Source: Macrostomum hystrix (taxonomy: Eukaryota > Animalia > Platyhelminthes). From it: a DNA stretch of 64,000 nt. Below are positions 21,991 to 32,842 of the stretch, in pieces. Every line of letters starts with the position of its first letter. Position 1 is the stretch's first letter. The translations under genes and the position numbers were made by a program. The notes beneath the pieces are model-generated. The model saw only the letters and a list, made by a program, of their open reading frames with translations. It had not been told where the DNA came from and searched no databases. Location of the stretch: assembly GCA_950097015.1 (NCBI GenBank), contig CATNEN010000011.1:4402001-4466000 (forward strand), written 5' to 3'.

Positions 21991-24900
21991 ATCTTGTCCT
22001 GACTTTTTCTAATCAAACAGAGGCATGATTAAAGGATAAGGAGGTCATTAATAAATGATATTCTGATCTAAGATAGTTCATGATACTAAATAATATACTG
22101 CTTAACCTTCTCTCCTGCTCATGGTAAATGCCCACTGTGCATTTTAAAAAAAAATCAGAACCTTAACATATTGTAACTTTTATGTAACATAATAACATAA
22201 TAATATAATAATGTAACTTTTTATTTTTTGGTACATGTCACTAAAAAATTGCCTTTTGTATATGCCAATATATACCAAATTTCTTGAGTGTACCCCTGAA
22301 ATTTCTGGGATACATGCCTTCTTCAGGACTATGGGATATACATTGATGAAACCTATTTAAATTTCAACTATCAATTTATATAAATCTCTACTCTATAATA
22401 TAAAGTGTTTTAATATAAAAAGAAGATTCTATCTTTATTTTCACATTGAATTATTAGATAAAACAAGAAGATAAGAAAGTATTGACTAAATGTTGAAAAC
22501 AATTATTTTATAATAAGTAATGCAAAACATAGCTTATAATTATACTATGCCCATTTTTCTTATAAAAGGAAAATTTTTAGATGTAGAAATGATTTACTCA
22601 TGGCATATGGCATCTAATGCCTTTTAGTTTCCATAAATAATGATTAATATCTTCAAACTATGAATGATCCATTTGAATTTGAGTATTATCTTCAAGAATA
22701 CCTAATATAGGTATATGTACTATATGCTACCTTAAAAAATAAATAATGGCTAAGGCAATGAAAAAGGCTAAATGTTTATAATCATATTTATATATCAATA
22801 GTTTTGAAAAGCCTACTTTGTAGTCATAAATAGACCTATCTATAAATGCCTAGTACTAGTAAAAAGTAGTTATATTTAGTATTTACATTTTATAGTATAA
22901 TAAACAATACTTATATTATATTTTAAGTTACTTAGTCAATTTAGTTAATATAACTTGGCATTTGAGTAATAGAAGTATTAGTAGGCCTAATAATAGTAAT
23001 AGGCCTAGGGCTAGTTGTAATAGTACTAACTAGCAAAAATGCTAAATTATATGAATTCATTGATTCATCATTGTACTAAGTAGACATTCCAATTCCAAAT
23101 ACATTTATCAAACATAGACTAGACCTAAAGGCATACAATACCCATGTTTTAATTTTAGGTTTGAATCTATGAATTACAAACATTGAACCTTGGGGAAAAT
23201 TGTCTTAACTAACTTTTCAAACAGGCATTAGTCATGGCATAACCACAATGCATAACTTTTAACATTAAGCATGAGAATGTAAGATTGCATGAGGCACAAT
23301 TTCAAATCAGTTTCGAATTAATGATTAAATTGAAAAGCATAAACTGGCTACTATAGTAGCCTATATAACAGTGTCTGTGTCAGTTTAAATACTAGGCCTA
23401 TCAGTACTAAGCCTAATCTACTGACACTGAGCCCAGGAAAAAGTAACTTAAAAAATGTGCAGACATCATGCCAGGCCTAGGGTCTATGTAGTTGGTAAAT
23501 CGTTGCATCTGCGACTGCCAAGTCAAGTGCAATTGACAAAAAATACCATTTAAGAGATTAAATTAATAGACAGCATATTGCATAACATAGTCATAGCTCA
23601 TAGGGTGTGGCAAAATAACACACAAGAAACGATCAAGACAAGAATCGATTTGTGCACGATTTAGAACCCTGAAGACGAAAGCATATTACACCTGCTGATT
23701 TGTTTGCTTAATAGTCAAGCATGTATTATTATTTATATAACATACAATTAAAATATACTCAGAGTGATAACTGAATACAATAAACGCTGCAATTCGAAAA
23801 TAGAAAGAAATAGCCACTTGAAAATGTAAGCATACTTTAGTCAAAAACATTGTATTGCTCATTATTTCCGCGTCAAACAAATATACACTGCCAAATGCAT
23901 CTAAAGTAATCTCACAGGATGCATGCGGGCTGCAATAGTCTACATTTAATTTTTGTTTTCCATCGATTTGACAATGTATCAATGATAATAAAATCGCATC
24001 TGAATTTAAAATTTTTATGTGTTCACCTCGATTTTAAATACAAAATGGTAAGTTAAAATCGACGTCGATTTTTTGGGATTAGTTTCGATTACAATTCGAC
24101 ATCACTATATTTTGTTGATCTCTAATAAGACAATATAACAATTGATTTTCACAATGTTTGGGTGCAATCTAACTGTGAATTCCAGTTGCTGCTACAAAAA
24201 AATGATTTCGAGGTGGTGTTGTCGATTCGAGCTCGAATCGACGTCGGGCTGTTCACCGGGTATATCAGTGATCACTTCTACTCTAGCCTAATTGGTCACT
24301 GAATTCCAACCTACTTGGGATAAAAATGCAGTTGGGAAAATTGCTTTGAATGAAATGGCTTTTAGGCAAAATAGACTTTTGGATACTCCACAGGTATGCT
24401 ATTATGCTATGTACCAAGCCAATATGTTATATGTGCACCCCACCACCATGCTCAGAAATCAGATAGCTTGATAAGTGTACTGGACCCAATCCATGATAAA
24501 AAGACTGATGTAATACACAAGACTTTTGTTGCTAAATTCTTCTTAGGCTTACAATAAAGGTTAAGCATAAAGGCTAAGCTGACAACTAAAATGGCTAATA
24601 GGGCAATTTATCGAAATCTAGTTTTTTAATGAAATTTGTGATTGTGATAGTGATATGATACAAAAAACATAACTAAGCTTCTGTAAACTAGTTAGGACGT
24701 AAGTCATCCCAATCATGCCATCATGCCATCATATTTAAGAGCGTATGTATGCTTAACTTTCTATGTTTAAAAATATTTACTCACGTTCACCTCACGCGAA
24801 AAATTGACTGTCAAAGATGTGCAAAGAAGATTGGCCAAATTTAGTAAGACGCAAAGAAAATACGCATGCAAGTATATAATGATTTGAACATTGAAAACTA

Positions 24901-25511
24901 TAAATTATCAATTATTCATGGAAAAATCTAATTGCACTCTTATGAGGCGATTGAACTTTCTTCCTTTATTCTAGTGATCTACAAATTGTCCTTAATTATA
25001 TCCGAGTTAATAGAATTTAAACACAATAATTATGCCTTTTAAGAGTCAGACAAGCAAACAGAAAGTATAATAAAGTAGACTGGCTATTCTAAAATGATTA
25101 CAAGATCGATATGGACTACATTGTAAAGTTGAAACTATTTTAGTTTTAGTGTTTGTCCATTGACATACGTTAGGAATTTATAGTAGCAGAAAACGCAAAT
25201 ATTATATTAAAGCATAGAAAACGTTAAACAGGGCATTAAATGTGTGGATTTCAGTTGGCATAACGCAGCAATATTAGCAAAAAATATTACTAATTCAGTA
25301 CAATTACCAATTACAGAAAGCATAAAATGTAGTCACGTGGGCAGCCGTGCGTTTAACGATAAAGTTCTGAAATTCTTAAAAACACAAAAAACTAAAAACG
25401 ATCAGTAACTAAAATAATAAAGTGTCTGCAGTCTGCTGATTGATGAGACAGCAGAATCGGTTGCAACGTTTTTCAATACGTATGGTGCACGAGAGATCAA
25501 TCTGGCAATCG

Positions 25512-26058
25512 TGAGACTGAACTCGGATCGGCGAGACTGGACTCGGATCGGCGAGACTGGACTCGGATCGACGAGACTGAACTCGGATCGGCGAGACTGG
25601 ACTGGGATCGGCGAGACTGTGGCGGTGGTGTGGACGCAGAGTAATGTTTTGTCGTCATATAGCCAAGTAAAAAGTTAATTAGCTAAAAAATAAGGTCAGC
25701 AATTTTACCATTAGTGCAGCAGCGAAGGACGGGTGAACTTGCTACAGGTTTGGCAACGCGGCGACTGGACTGGGATCGGCGAGACTGTGGCGGTGGTGTG
25801 GACGCAGAGTAATGTTTTGTCGTCATATAGCCAAGTAAAAAGTTTAATAGCTAAAAAATAAGGTCAGCAATTTTACCATTAGTGCAGCAGCGAAGGACGG
25901 GTGAACTTGCTCCAGGTTTGGCAACGCGGCGACTGGACTGGGATCGGCGAGACTGTGGCGGTGGTGTGGACGCAGAGTAATGTTATGTCGTCATGTAGCC
26001 AGGAAAGCTAGCCAAGTAAATAGTTTAATAGCTAGAAAAATAGGTCAGCAATTTTACC
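25512..26058. repeat. Five 20-bp repeats (GAGACTGRACTSGGATCGGC) followed by about 2.7 copies of a 168-bp unit
   Basis: 168-bp period starting at 25595, 25763 and 25931. The array abuts the transposase stop codon at 26059. Confidence 0.92.
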
Positions 26059-28383
26059 TTAATCGTGCTCGCAACAAGTCAAAATCGGAACGAAAAACAC
26101 TTGATCAACAGAAGTAATGACAAGACACTTCTGCATATCATTTGTCTCTTGCATGTTGATAGATATGTTACTTTCGTTGACTAGGCTATCGTCATACTGT
26201 TCTTGTGTTGAAGAAAACAGGCGTCCTTGTTGAGTCGAATCGATGGATGTGATACAAATATATTGGTTTGTGTGATTTATGGCTTTAATCACGCCAACCT
26301 TATCAACTGAGTACCGAACAATGTAGCTAACGCATCTTCCTCTTCGCATAGGATTGTAACAATGAAAAATCTGATTTCCATTAAAAATGTTCGCGAGTTT
26401 ATGGTAGGTGATTTTTTCTCTTTCAATACTCGCAGCAGTTCCTGAAGATTCTGGTCGTGGAGATAAAAACTAATGATAGCTTGAAGACAAAACTTTTTTA
26501 CAATTTGTTCTCCATGGAAGCGTGTACCTTGGATAAAGCTTTTAAAAAAGCTCATTCTGGATTCAAATGAGAACATAGAGGTTTTGTCAACACTTCCGAG
26601 TCTACCTATTTGAGCTGGAATATGCAGCAAAAGGTGAACGTTCAGAGTTTGAAACCGATTCGGACAGCACTCATCCAAATCCTGTAGAAAGGCTTTAGTT
26701 TTATCTAATGCAACCGTGGCGTCTGTTGTGTAGAATCTATGCAGCATGCTTTCCAAAACGAGGAACAGATTCTTGGCACTAGCATCGCGCAAATGTGGAA
26801 CCAATATGAGCGAAATAGCGTATAGTGAAAAATTCTTATAATCATAAGCTCTCCATGAAGTCAACGTCGAGTCCAGAGTCTTAAATCAAGGCATGTCATG
26901 CGGAACAGCTTGCTGCTGAATACGGCGGTTAAGTGCTTCCAAGGCATGTCGTCCGATTAAGCTTTTCACTGCGTATTTTAGCATTTTTTACCATACCTTT
27001 ATAAAGCATGTGCATGGAATCAAGTATGATACTGGTAGGTATTTCCATTACATCGAGCAACGGAGAAGCAGATTTGATGCCAAAAACATCTTTTGCAGCA
27101 ATACGAGCTGCGTTGGCGCATTCGCGGAAGTCATTTACAGTTCGAAGTGGAAAGCTCTCTTGTAAGCCATACAACAAAACTGTTCCTCCTTTCTCTGTCC
27201 TTATACTGTTGCCTGGATCCAAACATTTCGGGCACGCAAAAAAGCCGTTGTGGGCATTCATCTTTACAACGCTAGCTAGGGCAGGTAAGTCGCACACAAT
27301 AAAAGTAAAACTAAGCAAAACACTAATTGTGACAGAATTCATAACAACATTCCATGACTTCGGAGCCTGTTCTAGTATGCACTTGATAATTACATCCATC
27401 TTTGGCTTCTCTTTGGATGTTCATAGACCGAGAAGAATCCCACATCTCTTAGTTTGGCGCAGACGCGGGTTTAGATTCAGAATAGTTGCTTGTATTGGCC
27501 ACATTGAATCCGACTTCGTGTTATAAAAACAGACACCATCAGCATTAAGCAGCAAGTGGATGTGAAAAGGTGTCTTCATTTCGTTAACGTGCTCTACAAG
27601 AACATCCTTAAATCCATATTTTAGTGACTGATAATGCTGCCTGATATCCTCTGAAAAGGATCTAACTATTAGAGTTACTTGCTTCTTCACGTCAACAATG
27701 TACAGCTCGCCAAATGAGCTGCTAGTGCATGCACAATTGTCGCTTAGAAGACTACAGGTCAGGCAGATTCGAAAGGACTGAAACCAAGTTCTAGCGTCAT
27801 CGATGTTAGAATAAACGGTTTCCTTCAGTGTTCGCGAATCAGTTCGGAAATTAGCACCAAAAAGTTTGCTAGCTTTAGAAATCCTTTAAGTCCGGCTTTC
27901 GTCATTTTGTGCCGAATTTGCAACAGTAAAAACGATGCTGCGAATACTATGTGTTTGTCACAAGTACTTGAAACTTTGCTTAGCGCCGCTAAAAAGTCTT
28001 CTTCTTCGCCTTCTTCAGTCTGATCATGATCAATCAAATCATTTTCGCTATCGATGCGCTCAATATTGTTGGTGTTTTGGATTTTGTCCGAGGACTGTGG
28101 TCGTGGATTAAGAGAGCGAACAGATTATGAGTTAGTCTAGAAACTGCTATGTAATATGTCTATAAATGAACTAAATAATAAAAATTATGCTCACAGGCGC
28201 CGTAACTAGCATCACCGGGTCAGCTGAGCTTGTGCGGTCAGACAGAAGCTGTCTCGGAACAGCTGAGTCCTGGCTGTTGGAATCATCACAGTCTTGCGAC
28301 TCCCATACGTAGCTAGTTGCCGGACGCAGACAATTTCGCTTGTAACGCTGCTGTGCATCCTGAAAGTCAAATGAGTTTATCAA
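26059..28383 (-). pseudogene. EnSpm/CMC-like transposase, multiply frameshifted (element 3; FEHD/CEHD-ending subgroup)
   Basis: LNADGV..SMWPIQATILNL, IVCDLPALA, CPKC, LDSMH, SMFSFES motifs and terminal CCEHD* spread over several frames. Confidence 0.85.
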
Positions 28384-29099
28384 CCGATGAACTGTTTAAT
28401 TTGTTAGAAATTATACCTTTCACGAATTAAAAAACCTTGGTTCTTTTTTTCTATACTGCATCCAAATAATTTAGGAAATGTTTTTATTACATACACAATT
28501 TGTTCTAAACCTCTATATACCTCTTTGGAGCGAATGTTAGAAATTGAATTATGTACTTAGGCTTAATTGTTGAAAATGAATTTTGCCAAGTTTTTATAGA
28601 AGGTATAATATTGGGAAGCTATAATATCACCAAAGGGGGTAAGAGTTGTTGAGTCATAGAAAATAACAAACGCATTGAAGACCTTAAAATTATTCAACAG
28701 ACGCACAATTTTTAATTCGCATAGTAGTGAAAATCAATGAGCATTGGGCAAAAGATGTTAGGGTCCGGATAGAAACTGGAAGCAGTCAGGGACACAAAGC
28801 GGCCTATACACAAATACCAAAAGATCTTAGCGCCAGACAGAAATAGGAGTGGTGGTCAGTTAATAATAGAAATGCAGAACTGCTCACAATAATTTCGGCC
28901 GAATTAACTGTAAATGGAGCCCTAGCTTCCTTTCCTGCCATAAGTCGGAACTATTACGTTAATTAAAATTATTGACGTATTTCGAAATTGGAAATTCGTA
29001 ATTCGAACAATAAATTTTGAAAGCGTAACAATGGCTCTATTTTTTTAAAGGGATTAAAAATTATCAACTCTCTTCCTTTAAATAATCTTTAAAAGTGAA

Positions 29100-30550
29100 G
29101 TACTTGCATTACCCAATGTCTGCTGCCTTGAAAAGGGTGAAATGCTGGTGTCCAATTGTGGATCATAGGATGGATCATTTTCAGCATCATCGGCTTCATC
29201 ACTTGAAGTATCTGAACAGTCAAAACCAGCTAAAAGATAGTTTGGATTTAAGTTTTAGCATAAACAATAAGCACATATTTACTCCAAAAACAAAAAGCAT
29301 CAGCACATGAATATTTATTAAGAGAAAAAATTAATATCTAAACATACCGGTTAAGTGATCTGCGAATTCGAATACATTTTCTGTGTCAAAGGCATCACCA
29401 AAGGCAGTAATCTTGCTGTCAAGAGCCCTTGAGAACTTTTAAACATGTTGCATTGTTGCTTTCACAAGAACTGTACTAAGTACAGTTTGGCCATTTTCAG
29501 TAAGACAAAAGCTAGATCCCTAAAATAATTGAAATATAAAGTTTACAATGCAAAATAATGTATTATACAATTAAACATTAGGAAAAAAATCAATTAATTA
29601 TAATTGTAGAGTAGTACAAATTAGATACTTGCCTTGGTCCAGTTTAGCTATTCAGATGGTGAAAACTATAATATTGTAGCAGTCCAATATTATTTTTGCG
29701 CTATACGGTATATCTTCAATATATTTTCTACGTGATACATATTATATATGCATATATAATTCATATATATATGCATATATATATGCATATTCATAATGCA
29801 TATGAATATTCTATATTCTATAGATATTTTTTATCTTCTAGTAAAATACGGTATTAAAACAAATCTTAAGGAACACTATATAAGTGAAAGAAATTTGTGG
29901 CTAGAAATACAACCCGCCAGTGAGCCAAGAAGGCAAAACTGAGTTAAAACTTTGAAAAATCAAACTGGTTGTGTTATTTACTAAAGTGGTACATTCGAGT
30001 ACGAAGATAAGTCGAGGATTGAGGCTGTGACCCTCTGATCCTGGAGAAACGCCCAGTTGAGACTGGAGAATAAGGAGACCTAGTGCCTTAGAGGGATAAA
30101 CCGCTCGTGCCAGTGCAGAAGCGCTACCTAGGAGAAGCTCACAACGTAAGAGTTGTGAAGTTAAAACGGCCCTTTTCAGGGCCATGAGTTAAAGATGTAC
30201 GGAGAGTGCGAATAGTAGAGAAAGAGATAAAAGAGCGGAAGAGGCCGAAAGATACGCTACCAAGAGAGAGAAAAAGTAGAGTGAGAAGCCCTGTTACAAC
30301 TTTAAATAAAAAGAAAAATAATATATAGACTGTTGCATATAATTGCTATAATTATTGTCTCTAGTAGTGCAATTAACTTAAGAAAACAAAGACATCTTAT
30401 TACCTTTAAGAATTTTGAATGTGTCAAAGGTATCACCTCACTATATGTCCGCGTTTTATTAAACCATAGCAGCACAAAAATATTTTGCAAACGTTCTGTG
30501 GCAAACTTGTCAAGATTGCCATTTCGCCTTCGCTTGGGTCTCTTGTCCAT
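29100..30550 (-). pseudogene. Spliced BEN-type accessory gene upstream of the element 3 transposase (N-terminal part)
   Basis: Predicted exons 30550-30404, 29519-29348 and 29229-~29100 join in phase: MDKRPKRRR..IFVLLWFNKTRTYSEVIP..|GSSFCLTENGQTV..KFSRALDSKI..|AGFDCSDTSSDEADD. The N-terminal motif matches YILLFWEAEQKYELLP of 53220. One internal TAA; BEN domain itself not clearly found. Confidence 0.55.
29896..30298. mobile_element. Probable solo LTR (about 400 bp) inside an intron
   Basis: TGT...ACA ends, higher GC than the flanks, no ORF. TSD is imperfect (AATT vs ACTT). Confidence 0.5.
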
Positions 30551-30613
30551 GAGAATAGCAGCCAGATTTTTAGGTCTAGAATAGTTTATAGGCCTACACT
30601 AGGTGTTGTTGTT

Positions 30614-30840
30614 GCTCGCACCGGCGGGACACAGTGCCTGTGAGGTATGAGTCAGTCCAGGCCCACGGGCTTTGGTCTGCGATGCCTCACACCTGCAGCC
30701 GTTTTTTGAGCAGGCCTGGCAGGAAGGAGACCTGTACCTTCGGGTGCAGGAATCCCTCCAACGCTGTCCCGTCAGCTGACCCATGGGTACACGTCCCGCG
30801 AGTGTTCAAGGCTGACCCTAGGGCAGCCGGACAGAATGGG
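30614..30840 (+). ncRNA. HDV-like self-cleaving ribozyme at the retrotransposon 5' end
   Basis: P1 GCUCGC(30614-19)/GCGAGU(30798-803) with G1-U wobble; P2 CCCAU(30780-84)/AUGGG(30836-40); P3 GGG/CCC around L3 UACACGU; P1.1 AC/GU; P4 GGCUG..CAGCC; J4/2 CAGA (catalytic C at 30832); long structured J1/2. Folded by eye. Confidence 0.8.
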
Positions 30841-31270
30841 CAACAGCGCTGGATGACCCATCCAGGGCCTCCGGCCAAACTGGGTACCTCTAGCCCCGGC
30901 TGGAGGGAAAGGTGTCACCCTTTGACCTTAACAGGGTATGTGGCTTGTCCGCATTTTTCGTGCACCTGTGCGTGATCAGGTACCTCTGGCTACGGCCCTG
31001 AGGGACAGGTGTCACCCTTTGACCTTAACAGGGTTTGCGGCCAGCCCGCAGGCCTCGGCGCCGGCTCAATGGCACCCTCCAATGTCCCAGTGTTGACCGT
31101 GCTGATGGACGCTTGGCCAGGGAGTAGTCTGGTCTCTTACGGTTCCTCCCGGTGGTCCTGGCATCCCACCCCGGGTTGTAACTTGTCTTTTTTGGCTGCC
31201 CCCGCTCAGTTTTGGGATCGCGGCTGAGCGGGTTATTCCTGCCTGTGTCTACAGGAAGCCCCTCTCTTCA

Positions 31271-32830
31271 TTGCAGCTTTCAATGGCTTCTAGCCCTTCA
31301 ACTGCTCCGGCCGAGGACACCATGGTGCCTGAGGCCATACACGCTGCGGCGCCCGGGCTAGCTGGCCCCGCGACCGCCACAAATGCCGCGCTGCCCAACT
31401 CGCGCGATGACCGGGGCGCTAAGCGCTCCACCACCTCTGGAGCGGCAAAACGCCGTAGGCGCATGCTGGCCCACGGCACGTCGGCTCCATTGACCAAGGA
31501 CCAGGCCCAGGCCAGAGGGGCCGAAGGGGCTCTGCCTAGGGCGGGGGCTGGGGCGGGGGGCCTTGTGCCTCCTGCCCAGGCTCCTGCACGGGGCGGAGCC
31601 CACGACGCCCCGAGGCCAGGGTCGCGGGCCAAGGAGGGCCCGGCGCCCATCCGGACGGCTGCCCGGCCCGAAGGAGAAGCGGAGGCGGAGGGCCCTGTGC
31701 CCACCGCCGACGCAGATCCCGAGGGTGGGGACGCCACCGGACAGGGCCCGGGACCACAAGCTACCTACGCCGCCATCGCACGTAGGCAACCTGCCGTCAT
31801 CATCACCGGCAGAGACGGGAAAAGGCTGAGCAGCGAACAGCTCAGCGACATTTGCCGCAACATAGATGCTATGTTGTGGCAACTTCAACTGAAGGGCGAG
31901 CCCCTGGCGGTCGGCGCAAGCGCTACCAGGGAATCGTGCTTCGTCGTCTGGCCCGGCGATGCGGAATCGGGGCGGCGGCTCCTCGAGTTGCTGCCCACGC
32001 AGAGCTGGGCGGCTGGCCTCGAGTTCCTACGGGAGAACGAGCCACCAAAGACCAAGCGACACCGTATCTTCGTCCCGGCGAAAAGTGTCGTCACCAGCGC
32101 TGAGGACCTCCGCAGGGGCCTCATCGCGATGAACCGGGAGCTGCCGACAGCGGGCCTGATCGTGCACCGCACGATCCTGCGCCCCGACGGCACCGGTTTC
32201 ACCGCCATTCTGGGCCTGTCCGAGCAATGGACACGCCGCTACCCAGATGGCGCCAACATTTGCATTGGTCTGTGGAAGACCAAAATCTTCGCCTTCGAGG
32301 CGGATAAAACCCGAGGTCAGACCGGGCCCACCACCGTACCGGCCAATGAAGGGTCCTCGGACCCCAAGGCTGGGACTGGGGGCAGGGCCCAGTCGTCCCG
32401 CCAAAAAAGGCCAGAGCGTGCCATCGCTGGCAGCTCTGAGCGTCGCCCCGCGCGTGTCACAAAGCGCCGGGGCCTTCTCCAGCGGGCCTCCGAGGTGGTG
32501 CGAACCGCCAAGATGGCCCAGCTGCGCGCTGAGATGCGCGGTGGCCCACCGGGGCAGGCGCCGCAACCAAGGGCTACGGGGGAGGCCTCAGAGGTGCCCA
32601 GCTCCATCGAGCAGGGCCCTTCGAGCGCCCCTCCCACGGCCCAGGGAGCGGTGTCGGCTCCAGTTGAGGGCGACTCTGGGCCTGGGCTCGGGGCCGGGGG
32701 CGGGGACTGGGCGGCTGACGCCGTCGAGTTCCCGTCTCCGGCTCGGGGCCTGGGCACGGAGGAGCCCATGGCTACCGACATCGACCCGGAGGAGGAGGAC
32801 CGCCTTCTGGCTGGGTCCCCCTCCAAGTAG
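31271..32830 (+). CDS. ORF1 (gag-like nucleic-acid-binding protein; central region resembles DUF4780)
   Basis: Long ORF ending 12 nt upstream of ORF2. A low-complexity Ala/Gly/Pro N- and C-terminus surrounds a globular core (RHRIFVP..LRRGLIAMNRELPTAGLIV). The exact start codon is uncertain. Confidence 0.85.
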   Translation: MQLSMASSPSTAPAEDTMVPEAIHAAAPGLAGPATATNAALPNSRDDRGAKRSTTSGAAKRRRRMLAHGTSAPLTKDQAQARGAEGALPRAGAGAGGLVPPAQAPARGGAHDAPRPGSRAKEGPAPIRTAARPEGEAEAEGPVPTADADPEGGDATGQGPGPQATYAAIARRQPAVIITGRDGKRLSSEQLSDICRNIDAMLWQLQLKGEPLAVGASATRESCFVVWPGDAESGRRLLELLPTQSWAAGLEFLRENEPPKTKRHRIFVPAKSVVTSAEDLRRGLIAMNRELPTAGLIVHRTILRPDGTGFTAILGLSEQWTRRYPDGANICIGLWKTKIFAFEADKTRGQTGPTTVPANEGSSDPKAGTGGRAQSSRQKRPERAIAGSSERRPARVTKRRGLLQRASEVVRTAKMAQLRAEMRGGPPGQAPQPRATGEASEVPSSIEQGPSSAPPTAQGAVSAPVEGDSGPGLGAGGGDWAADAVEFPSPARGLGTEEPMATDIDPEEEDRLLAGSPSK

Positions 32831-32842
32831 ACCTCTGCCTGC

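Larger units (their letters stand above)
16447..24260 (-). mobile_element. Complete EnSpm/CMC-like transposon (element 2), 7.8 kb
   Basis: About 38-bp imperfect TIRs CCC(A/G)GTGAACAGC..TCGATTCGA-NN-TCGAATCG, TA flanking both ends (2-bp TSD), TCGA-rich subterminal repeats. Contains an intact transposase and a DUF4806-type gene. Confidence 0.9.
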
